NCBI GenBank assembly: GCA_051294375.1
Contig: CM119265.1
Coordinates: forward strand, 28,190,553 to 28,239,166
DNA from: Paraspadella gotoi
Lineage: Eukaryota; Animalia; Chaetognatha
DNA length: 48,614 nucleotides
Direction: 5' to 3'
Shown: positions 24,101 to 36,310 of the stretch, in pieces
Layout of the letters: each line of letters begins with the position of its first letter
Position numbering within the stretch: position 1 is the first letter of the stretch
Notes under the pieces: model-generated
Seen by the model: the letters and a program-made list of their open reading frames with translations, nothing else
What the model was told of the DNA's origin: nothing
Databases searched by the model: none
Made by a program: the position numbers and the translations under genes

Positions 24101-25665
24101 GTTCCATAATTTTGATCGATGAACCTTTAAAAACATTAATTTCAGAGAAGTTAAGTAGTCATTAAGAGTTATGTTAAGGTTTAAGTTAAGTTGCTCTATT
24201 TAAGTTTTAATATGCGCCACAAGTACTTGGAGAACGACTCTTTCAGACACTTTATCGTCCGTGAGTTGGTGAATCAGTTGGTCTCTCAGTGAATCTGTCC
24301 CGCTTACTGATCAGTGATCACTTGGCAAGGTCATGAAACTTCTCTCACACATAATTCACAGGCAATCGTGCAATCACGCGAAAAAAAACATCCTGCATTT
24401 CCCATTTCTTGTTTTAAAATCAAACCTGAAAAATCTCGCGACTTCGAAATTGATGGAGAGAACTTCCAAGACAGAATCGTATTTGCTGGAGACGAAAAGC
24501 ATCTTCTTCTTTTCGTGTCCTTCAACTTTGATGTTGTCCAAGAGATAGTTGACGATCTCTTCCATGGAATTCAACTCCTTCAAGTATCGATTGCAAAGTT
24601 GAAAGGCGACGCCGCTTTTGACGCCGATCCAATCGTCTTTGGCGGCGGCGTCGTCTCCATGCAATGGAACAGCGTTGACGACCATCAGCAATTCTGATAC
24701 CAGAATCCACTATTTTTTGGGAAAAAGATCAAAGATCGATTTGAAATTTTTTTTTTAAATCAACATTTAGTAATTTAATGTATTTTTAAGGAATTTATTT
24801 AATAATTTAATATCACGATATCTTATCAACAAAGTCATTAATAATAGTTTTAGCACTGGATTATTTTGGCTAATAATTCTAGAGCGTAACCTTGTGAATT
24901 TTATAGTATCGTTTTGGCTAAACAATTTTAAATTTTAACCCTGAGAATTTTATAGTGTCAATTCCATTACTGAATTTACTGAATATTATTTGTCAATGTC
25001 TTTTTAGAAATTCTGGTAACATGGCCGAGTGAAGATCGAAGCTGAATTGTCTCTTCAATTGTAAAAATGTAAATAATATTACCGGCCTAAAATTTCATTA
25101 CTTTTTTGAATTCTTTGATTTCATAACAAACGGGTTAATTTAAAAGTCATTGTAATTTTATTCTTCGATGATATTACCGAAATAAACTCGCGTTCATTTT
25201 TTCACTTGATCTCAAATTCTCTTCTTATTAAAAATTCCAACCTCCATACATTCTGTTGTGAAATTTATTCATTCATTTAATAAGCAAGTTTCATTAATGA
25301 TTGTAAATAAAAAAATTCCTTATAGTAAGTTGTCTAAATTTTATATGTATTAAATATGAAATATTTTAGTTAAAAATTCTAAAAAAAAAAGACAAATCGA
25401 TCGATCCCTTGACGCTTTCGATCCTCCCGCGCAGATCGAGTCCCGATCGCCACGCCCCCTTTGCGCTCTCTTGCGCGGAGACGAGGCCCGCTTGAATCTC
25501 GTTCGTGAGGCGATCCCGACTCTCGAGCGACATCTGTCGTTGTTGTTGTTTTTGTTGTTGTTGTCCGGAAAATTTGGCGTCGAATTTGACGAGAACATCT
25601 TTGAATGGAACTTCGGAGCACGCGGAGCTCCTTGGGGGGAAAGAGAAGAGAGAGAGAGAGAGAGA

Positions 25666-25725
<60 letters not shown>

Positions 25726-25730
25726 AGAAT

Positions 25731-25767
<37 letters not shown>

Positions 25768-26095
25768 GAGAAACTCTAACTGAAAAAAAAACAATTTTCC
25801 TTACTTCACCAACCTTCACATGAAATCGATACAACATAAACAATAAAATTGTACAAAACGTCCAAAGGACCGACCACTTCCTTAAGTATGTTATAAGGAA
25901 ATACTTACCACATGTTCTCCCAAACAATAAACTTACCTTATTTCTCAAATCCTTGAGGATTTTCCTAATTCGATCCAACTTTGGCGTGATGGCGCGGAGT
26001 TGGTCTCTCTCCATCATCCAAGGGGCCACCCTGGACGCGAAGCTGGAGTGCAGGATCCCCGCGACTGTGTTGAGAGAAAAAGGGATGATGTCCAT
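20576..26095 (-). CDS. Uncharacterised protein (about 434 aa) with C-terminal F5/8 type C / galactose-binding-like domain
   Basis: Exons 26095-25937 (AAAATGG start, GTAAGT donor), 25880-25810, 25630-25408 (donor uncertain), 24709-24426 and 21143-20576 join in frame (1305 nt) with C-ending codon bias and no stops. Confidence 0.6.
21381..24393 (-). pseudogene. Decayed coding exons (alpha-helical, internally repetitive protein) inside the last intron of the F5/8 gene
   Basis: Long open stretches (24124-23128, 22272-21517, 21481-21381) have splice sites, but 22440-23200 and 24230-24390 need several frameshifts and contain TGA/TAA stops. A repeat-like motif recurs, e.g. CKDVIRIKLGEFLAAWYRK versus (across a frameshift) CNAYMGEIKQGLNQLLKKWYDS. 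Confidence 0.55.
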
Positions 26096-26369
26096 TTTGG
26101 AACAGTTGGGGGGGGGGAAGTCGGGGGAGGGGTGGACGAGAAGAAGTGTGTTAAGGATGGAGAATAGTCGGATCTGGATTAGAGTCTTAAATTTGTTGAA
26201 GATCGGAGATTAGTAGTTATAATCCAAATATTAAACAAAGATTATATACTGATGAAAAAAAAATTTTTCCAGCAATTTCGTTTTAGTGTTAATCCTGAAA
26301 AATGTGGGAATTCCGAATCTCCTCTTTAAAAGGCAAAGGCCGAAAAAGTATCGTTGTATCGTTCGCTCT

Positions 26370-26415
26370 TTCTCGATTGGTCGTCCGATCGATACCTCGT
26401 TTCTCATTGGTCCGT
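26370..26415 (-). promoter_or_regulatory. Tandem CCAAT boxes upstream of the minus-strand gene
   Basis: ATTGG at 26376 and 26406 (30-bp spacing, similar flanks) in a CpG-rich patch about 300 bp upstream of the ATG at 26095. Confidence 0.4.
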
Positions 26416-26609
26416 TTTATTTGACGACGACATAACGCGAAACTTTAAACGCGTTGTTTATTCTTTTGGCGAAGATTTGAGATTTAATTATTGAGACTCA
26501 GTGAAGTGAAAAACCGGAGGAATTTCCGAGTCAATGTACCGATTGTAACAGACTTTAGACTTGCGGTCGTAACGATGTACTATTGAGTGAAATTTATATC
26601 CTATTCTAT

Positions 26610-27222
26610 TAGAGCCAAACTTCGTCAATGGGGTGGGTCAGAAGTTTGATTTGGGAACCTTTTCAAATGAAACTTCATACATTTCTGAGAAAACTTTCAA
26701 TGGAGCAAAATTTTCTAAAATGGCAAGAAGCATTAGTAATTATTTTTTTAATATTTATTTATAGATAGGAAATGTCAAAAATTTTTTTTGAAATTTTTTA
26801 TTTTTAAAAGCAGATTCAAATAGCTTATGAAAAGTTATCTACACAAAGTATAATTCTTTTTTCAATATTTTGATGATAAGTGGGTTAAAATTGAGAAAAA
26901 CCTTAAAAAATCATCATCATCATCATCATCCGATGATTTTAGCAGTTTTTACTAATTTTTAGTAATAAAACATCAAAATTTTAAAAAGTTGTAATTATAT
27001 TTTTTGCTTAACTTTTTAAGCTCTATCAGAATCAATTAAAAAAACTTAAAATATCCCAAAAAAATTTTTGACATTATATAGCGATATAATTATATTAATT
27101 AGCGAATTACTCCTGGTTCGGAACATTTTTGCAAAAAAATATTTTAACACAATAATTAATACCAATAATGGCTTAGTTTAATGCTGTTCCCATTAAAATT
27201 TGAATTTGGTCGGCTACCGCTA
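26610..27222. mobile_element. 613-bp non-autonomous DNA transposon/MITE, same family as 6937-7530
   Basis: TAGAGCCAAACTTCG...GGTCGGCTACCGCTA flanked by direct repeat ATTCTAT (26603-26609 / 27223-27229). Confidence 0.75.
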
Positions 27223-28527
27223 ATTCTATGATATAATTTTTTTTAATGCATAATTGCAAAATTTCCAAATTATTCAAGCATAAAATTTTTCATGTTTTTG
27301 GAGTTCGTAAAAATTAGTATTTTGAATCTAATTAGATGTATAATTTTTTTTTATATATTTTGCATATAATATTTTTAAACTCCACTTTAATGGGAAAGAA
27401 AAAAGCTTAGAAAAAAACTGGAAAACAAAAAACAAAAAATCTTTACCCGCTTTGTCATTCATTTATTTGTATCCGCGTTCGAAATTTGTATCAACACTTC
27501 AAAGTTGAGTCAGATAAACTAAATACTATTGTTTTTATAATCATTTCTCGGAACTTGACATTCACAAACTGTCGCCTTTATTACTAGCTCCTGTAATAAC
27601 TGACGAATCTATTTAGCCTAATATATTAATGGAGGATTAAGTATTCACTATAGTTATATTAAATAAGGTAAAACGAAAAGAAATAAAACGGGAGAAAGTA
27701 CAATTTGTTACCCGGCCAAAAACGCGACTGAAGAATTACAAGCGATCGAAAACCAAAGAGCGTTTGTTTACAATTCGGCGAATGTTATTTGTAAAATACA
27801 GGACCGAGATTTTGTACAATAGCACCTTAATATTCTGACAAAACGGAAGAGAGAGAGAGTCTGATTCACTGTGAATTCCCCCATTCGGGATTGTGACTTT
27901 TCTGAATTTTCGTGAATTTTTGGAACGGATTGTGATGACCGAATGATTAAAGTTCCACTTTGTTTCATCACTAAATAATTTTTGTTATGTTATCATTTCT
28001 TTCCTTCCTTTACTATTTCTTTGAATAGACTGATAACTATTCAAACTTGTCATACATAAACATAAAATGTTACAAAGCAAAACCTATTTCGGAAGGAAAA
28101 ATCCCACTTTCTCTTTTTTTCCCTTTCCAATCACTTTTTTTCTCCTCCCTTCTCTTCCTCCCTTTTTTTTTACTCCCCCTTTCTCCCTCTCGTTTTCTCT
28201 TCCCTACCTTTCTTCATCCTTCTCTCTCCTCCCTTCTTCCTCATCCACCCCACTCTTCCTCTCCTTCCTCCCCTTCTTCCTCCCCTCCTCCATCTCTTCC
28301 TCCCTCCCTCTCCACCCCTGAGTTTCCAATAACGAAAAAGATTCTCATTCCTTTGACCCCGGCGTTGATTTAGAACCGGGGCGAGACTCGAGTCTCCGCC
28401 CAGGAGGAAAATATATGAGAAGTTTTATGGAAAAGTTTTTTACCGGGGTGCTAATCGTATATCAGGGAGGGAGGGGAGGGAGAGAGACAGAGAGAGAGAG
28501 AGAAGAAGAGAGAGAGAGAGAGAGAGA

Positions 28528-28564
<37 letters not shown>

Positions 28565-28678
28565 AGTAAAGGGAAGGAAGGAAGGGAGGAGGGAGAGAGA
28601 CTGTGAAAAAAAGTGTGAACTAAAGAAAAGAACAATGAGGTGAGAGAAAGAAAGAAATTAAGAAAGTAAAGCATGGAA

Positions 28679-28769
<91 letters not shown>

Positions 28770-30360
28770 GCCCAAGCAAAAATATAAAACAGAGATAGTT
28801 TCTGAAAGTGAGTTATAAAAGGCAAAGCCAATAAAGGTGTTTTTTCTCTGTCTAGACTCCTCGCAAGCCAAGGGTGTATTGGGTTGTTTTCTTCTGAAAC
28901 TCGGTGTGACAAAAGTTACCTGGAAAGAGATATGATCTCTAGGGAAGGAAAAGAGATAAAGAATTTTGGCGGACAAGTGGGTTCAGACTTCAGTGGGAGT
29001 TACGTTTTGAAACTTGGAAAAAGGAAAATGATTTAGTGGAAAAGGAAAAATGTTAAAAGGAAGAGAAAAAGTAAAAGAGACAAACGATTGAAAGAAATAA
29101 AAAAAATGTGGCTGTTGTTGTACTGGCGGTTGTCGATGGAGTTGTTTTGTCGAAGTACAAGGTAATAGGTAGGTAAAAAGTCGACAAAAGTCGACCTAGT
29201 AGGTTCATTTAAAGAGAATTGCACAAACCAAATGTATCGTTTTTCGTTATAGTAGTTTTTAAGAGAATACGCAGATAAGAAGCGAGAAAGAAGGAAACAA
29301 AAATGGTACAATGAAAATTAAAAGAGAATTGGATTAAAGCAAGAATCAAAATTGTCAGTCAAACGGAAATTCCAATATTTTGCGCCGCAGTGACTTTCTT
29401 TCTGGGTGATAACGTCACTAACAATGACTGAATTAAAATTAAACCATAGATTGACTGAACTAAATTCCCTCTTTTATTCTTTATACGATTTAGAATCTAA
29501 AAACAAAAGGAAGTCGCTTAGATTCAATATTCTTAGATATTATTTACAAATAATTATATAATAAGTGAGATGAACTAACAGACCTTCCAACCGACCGACC
29601 GAAAAGTAACTGACTGAGTTGCTCCGCGAAAGAAAAAAGGAAACAAATGAAAAGGATAGGAGATGGAATCAATGAGCAGAAGAAAATAAAATCGAGGAAA
29701 GGAAAGAAATTTAAAAGGCGATTTAAATGGGAGGAAGGAAGATTGAAAAAGGAGTAAAGGAAAGATGGAGGAATAGAAAAAAAGGAGGAGAGGGAAAAAA
29801 AAGAAGAAGAGGAAAAAGAAAGGAGGAAAGAAGAAGGAAAAGAAAGAAAGAGGAATGGAAAGATAAAGGAATGGAAAGAAAGAGGAAAGGAGAGAAGGAG
29901 GAAAGGAAGGAAAGAAGGAAAAGAAAGATGGAGTAAGGAAAGAATAAGGAAGGGAAAGAAGAAAAAAGAAAAAGACGAAAGGAAAGATGGAGAAAGAAAA
30001 GGAGGAAAGAAAAGATGGAGTAAGGAAATAAGGAAAAGAAAGAGGAAAGAAAATGAGGAAAGGAAAGGGGAGCAAGAAAATGAAGAAAGGAAAAAAGGAG
30101 AAAGAAAAGGAGGAAAGGAAAAAAGGAGAAAAGGAAAGAAGGAAAGGAAAGATGGAGAAAGAAAAGGAGGAAAGGAAAGGGGAGAAAGAAAAGAAGGAAA
30201 GGAAAGATGGAGAAGATATTTTTCTTTTCTAGATTTTTTGATGATCTTAATTTTTGGACCACCTCATCTTCATTTTCCTTCATTTTTGTCTTCCTATTTT
30301 TTCGGTCTCCTTAATTTTCGAATTTGAATTACAAAACAAGGTAAGTTTGAAGGTTTCATC

Positions 30361-30405
<45 letters not shown>

Positions 30406-33400
30406 AGAGGAGAAGAGAGAGAGGAGAGTTTCTTTAAGGGGAGAAAAATAAAATGTAAATCGGTGAATATTTAAAGGCAAAAACCGGAACGAAATTGCGG
30501 TCGTAAAAGAGAAACGAGGACAAAAAATTAAAGCGAAGATTCGACTTTTTCTAAGATGAAGTANNNNNNNNNNNNNNNNNNNNNNNNNCCAAAAAATATT
30601 TTAACTACAATTAATTGAATACCAATACATGAGCTTAGTTTAATGCTGTTCCCATTAAAATTTGAATTTGGTCGGCTACCCGCTAATTCTAATGATATAA
30701 TTTTTTTTAATGCATAATTGCAAAATTTCCAAATTATTCAAAGCATAAAATTTTTCATGTTTTTGGAGTTCGTAAAAATTAGTATTTTGAATCTAATTAG
30801 ATGTATAATTTTTTTTTATAGTATTTTGCATATAATATTTTTAAAACTCCACTTTAATGGGAAAGAAAAAAGCTTAGAAAAAAACTGAAAACAAAAACAA
30901 AATCTTACACCCGCTTTGTCATTCATTTATTTGTATCCGCGTTCGAAATTTGTATCAACACTTCAAAGTTGAGTCAGATAAACTAAAATACTATTGTTTT
31001 TATAATCATTCTCGGAACTTGACATTCACAAACTGTCGCCTTTATTACTAGCTCCTGTAATAACTATGAATCTATTTAGCCTAATATATTAATGGAGGAT
31101 TAAGTATTCACTATAGTTATATTAAATAAGGTAAAACGAAAAGAAATAAACGGATGAAAGTACAATTTGTTACCCGGCCAAAAAACGCGACTGAAGAATT
31201 ACAAGCGATCGAAACCAAAGAGCGTTTGTTTACAATTCGCGCGAATGTTATTTGTAAAATACAGGAACCGAGATTTTGTACAATAGCACCTTAATATTCT
31301 GACAAAACGGAAGAGAGAGAGAGTTGATTCACTTGTGAATTCCCCCATTCGGGATTGTGACTTTTCTGAATTTTCGTGTTAATTTTGGAAGCGGATTGTG
31401 ATGGACCGAATGATTTAAAGTTCCACTTTGTTTTCATCACTAAATAATTTTTGTTATGTTATCATTTCTTTCCTTCCTTTACTTTCTATTTCTTTGAATA
31501 GACTGATAACTATTTCAAACTTGTCATACATAAACATAAAATGTTACAAAGCAAAACCTATTTCGGAAGGAAAAATCCCACTCTTTCTTTTCTTTTTTTC
31601 CCTTTCCCAATCACTTTTTTTCTCCTCCCTTCTCTTCCTCCTTTTTTTTTACTCCCCTTTCTCCCTCTCGTTTTTTCTCTTCCCTAACCTTTCTTCATCC
31701 TTCTCTCTCTCCCTTCTTCTCATCCACCCCACTCTTCCTCTCCTTCCTCCCCTTCTTCCTCCCCTCCTCCATCTCTTCCTCCCTGCCCTCTCCAACCCTG
31801 AGTTTCAATAACGAAAAAGATTCTCATTCCTTTGACCCCGGCACGTTGTATGTTTTAGAACCGGGGCGAGACTCGAGTCTCCGCCCAGGAGGGAAAAATA
31901 TATGAGAAGTTTTATGGAAAAAGTTTTTTACCGGGGTGCTAATCGTATATCAGGGAGGAGGCTTGAGGGGAGAGGGGGAGAGGGCATAGAGAGGAGAGAG
32001 GATGAGAAAAGGAGTGGAGGGGAGGGGGAAGGAGACGGAGGGAGGAGAAAGGGAGAGGAGGGGAGGGATGGGGTAGGAGAGGATGAGAAGAGTGAGAAGA
32101 GAGAGAGGGAGAGGGAGGAGTGAGGGATGAGGGGGGGAGACGAGGGCGGGAGGGAGATGGTGGGGCGGTGGGATGAGTGGGAGGGGAAGGGGAGGAGGGG
32201 AGGAGGGAGGGGAGAGGAGGGGGCGGGAGAGGGAGGAGAGGGAGGGGGGGGAGGGGGGAGGGAGGGAGGGAGAGAGGAGAGGGTGGAGGGAGGGAGAGTG
32301 AGGGGGGAGGGGGGAGAGAGGAGGTGGAGGAGGAGGGGAGAGGGGGGGGATGGGTGAAAAGAAAGGAGGGGGGGGGGGGAGAGGAGAGGAGATGGGGAAC
32401 GGAGGAAAGATGAAGGGGTGAAGAGAGGGGAAGAGGAGGGGAGAGGGGAGGATGAGGGGGGAGGGGAGAGAAAGGGCAGAGACGTGGAGGGAGAAGGAGG
32501 AGAGAACGAGGAGGGGGGGAGGAGAGGGGAGGGGCGGGAGGGATGGTGAGAGCGGGGGAGGGGGGGAGGGAGGAGAGCGGAGGGGAGGGAGGAGTGAGAG
32601 GGGAAGAAGAACGGAGGGAGAGAGAGGAGGAGGGGGAGGGAGGGCGGAGGGGGAGAGGGGAGGGAACGAGTGAGGAGGGAGAGGGAGAGATAGAAAGGGA
32701 GAGGGGGGGGAGGAGGAGGAGGAGGAAGATAGAGGAGGAGAGGGAGAGAGACGGGGAGGGAAGGGAGGGAGAGGGGAGGGAGACAGGGGAGAGGGAGGGA
32801 GAGGGAGGGCGAAGGGGGAGAGACGGGAGAGGGGGGAGGGGAGGGGAGGAGAAGAGTGGGTGGAGCGGACGAGAGAATGGGGATAGTGAGGTGGGGGAGG
32901 GGACGAGAGAGGGAAGAGGGAGGGAGGGAGAGGGAAGGGGAGGGGGAGGAGGGAAGAGGGGATGGAGGAGGGGGGGAGAGGAGAGAAGGAGGGGAGAGAA
33001 GAGACAGAGGAGAGGGAGAGGGGAGAGGAGATGGAGGGGGGAGGAGATGGGGGAGGTGAAGGGGAAGGATCGAGGAAGGGGGAGGAGAGAAGAGAGGGGA
33101 GAGAGAAGAAGAGGCGGAGGGTAGATGATGAAGAGAGAGAGGGGGGGAGGGAGAGGGGGAGAGAGGGAGGGGGAGGGGGGGGGGAGGGGAGAGGGGAGAG
33201 GGGCGGGGGAGTGAGAGGGGGGAGGGACGGGAGGGGAGAGACACCTGGAGAGAGAGAGAGAAGAGATGAGGAAGAGAGAGAGAGAGAGAGAGGAGGGAGT
33301 AAAGGGAAGTTAAGGAAGGGAAAGGAGGAGATGAGACTGTGAAAAGGTAGTTGAAACTAAAAAAGAAAAAAGGAACATGAGGTGATGAGAAAGAAAGAAA

Positions 33401-35512
33401 ATTAAAGAAAGTAACATGGAAGAGAGAGAGAGAGAGAGAGAGAGCAGGATTGGAAGAGATGGACAGCGATGAGAGAGAGGAGAGACCTACGAGAGAGAGA
33501 AGAGACGAGAGAGAGAGAGAGAGATGAGAGAGAGAGAAAATAGATTAGGGCCAAGCAAAAATTATAAAACAGAGATATTGTGTTTGCTGAAGTGAGTTAT
33601 AAAATGGCAAAGCCAATAAAGGTTTATGTTTTTTTTTTTCTCTGTCTAGACACCTCCTTCGCAAGCCAATGGGTGTTATTGGTTGTTTTTCTTCTGAAAC
33701 CTCGGTGTGGACAAAGTTTACCTGGAAAGAGATATGATCTTCTAGGAAAGGAAAAAGATAAAGATTTTTGCGGACAAAGTGAGGTTCAGACTTCAAGATG
33801 GAGTTCACGGTTTTTTGAAACTTGGGAAGAAAAAGGGAGAAATGAAATTTTAGTGGAAAGGAAAAAAATGTTTAAAAAGGAAGGAGAAAAAGTAAAAAGA
33901 GACAACGAATTTGAAAAGAAATAAAAAAAATGTCGGCTGTTTGTTTGTACTGGCGGTTGTCGATGGATTGTTTTGTCGAACAGAGTACAAGAGTAATAGG
34001 TAGGTAAAAGTCGACAAAGTCTCGACCTAGTTTAGGTTCATTGAAAGAGAATTGCACAAACCAAATGTTATTCGTTTGTTTTTTCGTTTAGTAGTTCTTT
34101 TTAAGAGAATACGCAGATAAGAGGAATGCGAGAAAGAACGGAAAACAAAAATTGTACAATGAAAATTAAAAGAGAATTGGGATTAAAAGCAAGAATCAAA
34201 ATTGTCAGTCAAACGGAGAAATTCAATATTTTTTGCGCCGCAGTGATTTTTCTGGGTGAAAACGTCACTACATGACTGAATTAAAATTAAACCATAGGAT
34301 TGACTGAACTTTAAATTCTCCCTCTTTTTATTTTCTTTATACGAATTAATCTAAAAACAAAAAAGGAAGTCGTTTAAGATTCAATACTTTCTTAGATATT
34401 ATTTACAAATAATTGATATAATAGTGAGATGATACTAACAGACCTTCCAACCGCCGACCAAAGTAACTGACTGAGTTTGCTCAGCGAAAGAAAAAAGGGA
34501 CAAATGAAAAGGGATAGGGAGACTGGGAAATCAATGAGAGAGAAGGAAAATTAAAATCGAGTAAAGGAAAGGAATTTAAAAGGCGATTTAAATGGGAGGG
34601 AAGGAAGATTATGAAAATATGATGGGGAAGGAAAGATGGAGGAATAGAAAAAAAAGGCCAGGAGAGGAAAAAAAAAAGAGCAAGAGGAAAAAGAAAGGAG
34701 GAAAAGAAGAAGGAAAAGAAAGATTGGAAAAGAGATAAAAGGAATGCAAAGGAAAGAGGAAAGGAGAGAAGGGAGGAAAGAAGGAAAGGAAAGGAAGGAA
34801 AGAAGGAAAAGAAAGATGGAGTAAGGAAAGATTAAGGAAGGAAAAGAAGAAAAAAGAAAAAGGACGAAAGGAAAGATGGGAAAGAAAAAAGGAAAGAAAA
34901 GATTGGAAGTAAGGAAAATAAGCGAAAGAAAGAGGAAAGGAAAATGGAGGAAAGGAAAAGGGAGAGCAAGAAAAATGAAGAAAGGGAAAAAAAGAAAGAA
35001 AGAAAAGGAGGAAAGAAAAAGTGAGAAAGGGAAGAAGGAAGGAAAGAAAGATGGAGAAAGAAAAGGAGGAAAGGAAAAGGGGAGAAAGAAAAAAGAAGGA
35101 AAGGAAAAGATGGCGAAGGAGGATTATTTTTTTTTCTTTTCTAAGTATTTTCCTTTTTGATGATTCTAATTTTTGGAACCACCTTATCCTATTTCCTTTT
35201 TTTCATTTGTTCTTCCTATTTTCGGACTCCTAATTCGAATTTGAATTAACAAAAACAGGTGTAAAGTTGAAGGTTTTCATCCAGCCGGGAGAGAGAGAGG
35301 AGAGAGAAGAGAGACGAGAGAGAGAAGAATGAGAGATGAGAGAGAGAGTGAGAGTTTCTTTAAGGGGAGGAAATAAAATGTAAAATTCGTGTGGATATTT
35401 TAAAGTGCAAAAACCCGCGCACACGAATTTTCTGGTCGTAAAATGGAAAAGGAAACGAGGACAAAAAATTAATAGCGGAAGAACAAAGATTCGACTTTTT
35501 CTTAAGATGAAG
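27130..35512 (+). repeat. Tandem segmental copy pair: about 27130-30563 and 30589-35512
   Basis: The second copy follows an N gap, is indel-rich, and has a 1.35 kb G/A tract in place of an approximately 100-bp (GA)n. Confidence 0.85.
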
Positions 35513-36275
35513 TTAGTAGAGAGATGAGAGAGATGAGAGATGATGATAGAGTGGGAGAGAGAGAGAGAGAGGGAGTTCTTTAAGGGGAGAGAAAATAAAA
35601 TGTTAATCGGTGGAATATTTAAGGCAAAAACCGGAACGAAATTGCGGTGGTAAAAGAGAAACTGAGGAAAAAAAATTAAAGCGAAGATTCGAACTTTTTC
35701 TAAGATGAAGTAGAGAGGGGAGAGAAGAGACGAGGAAGTAGGAGAGAGAGAGAGAGAGAAAGTTCTTTAAGGGGAGAAAAATAAAATGTAAATCGGTGAT
35801 ATTTAAAAGGCAAAAACCGGAAGGAAATTGCGTTCGTAAAGGAGAACGAGGAACAAAAAATAAGCGAAGATTCGACTTTTTCTAAGATGAAGTAGAGAGA
35901 TGAGAGAGAGGAGAGAGAGAGGTTCTTTAAGGCGAGAAAAATAAAATGTAAATCGTGTGAATATTTAAAGGCAAACCGGAACGGAAATTGCGGTCGTAAA
36001 AGAGAAACGGGAAAAAAATTAAAGCGAAGATTCGACTTTTCTAAGATGAAGTAGAGAGAGAGAGAGATGGAGAGAGAGAGAGGAGAGAGAGAGTTCTTTA
36101 AGGGGAGAAAATAAAATGTTAAATCGGTGATATTTTAAGGCAAAAACCGGAAGCGAAATTGCGGTCGTAAAAAGAGAAACTAGGACAAAAAATTATAGCG
36201 AAGATTCGCTTTTTCTAAGATGAAGTAGAGAGAGAGAGAGAGAGGAGAGAAGAGAGAGAGGAGAAGAGAGAGAGT
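35352..36275 (+). repeat. Tandem array of about 160-220 bp units (5 copies; another at 30426-30563)
   Basis: Constant core of about 135 bp (GTTCTTTAAGGGGAGAAAAATAAAATG...CTAAGATGAAGTA) separated by variable (GA)n. Confidence 0.9.
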
Positions 36276-36310
36276 TTGAAAGTTTTTTTTTAAGTTTTTC
36301 TCGTTTTTTT

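Noticed and set aside
24227-25252. TGA-as-sense (recoding or selenocysteine) hypothesis, since several exon-like frames are broken only by TGA
   Set aside because: Neighbouring decayed frames also contain TAA stops and frameshifts, TGG is used normally, and these stretches fall inside plausible introns.
31928-33244. 438-aa Pro/Ser/Leu extensin-like ORF
   Set aside because: It is the antisense of a low-complexity purine tract that is absent from the twin copy.
35352-36275. CRISPR-like repeat-spacer appearance
   Set aside because: The repeats are about 135 bp, the spacers are just (GA)n, the context is eukaryotic, and there are no cas genes.
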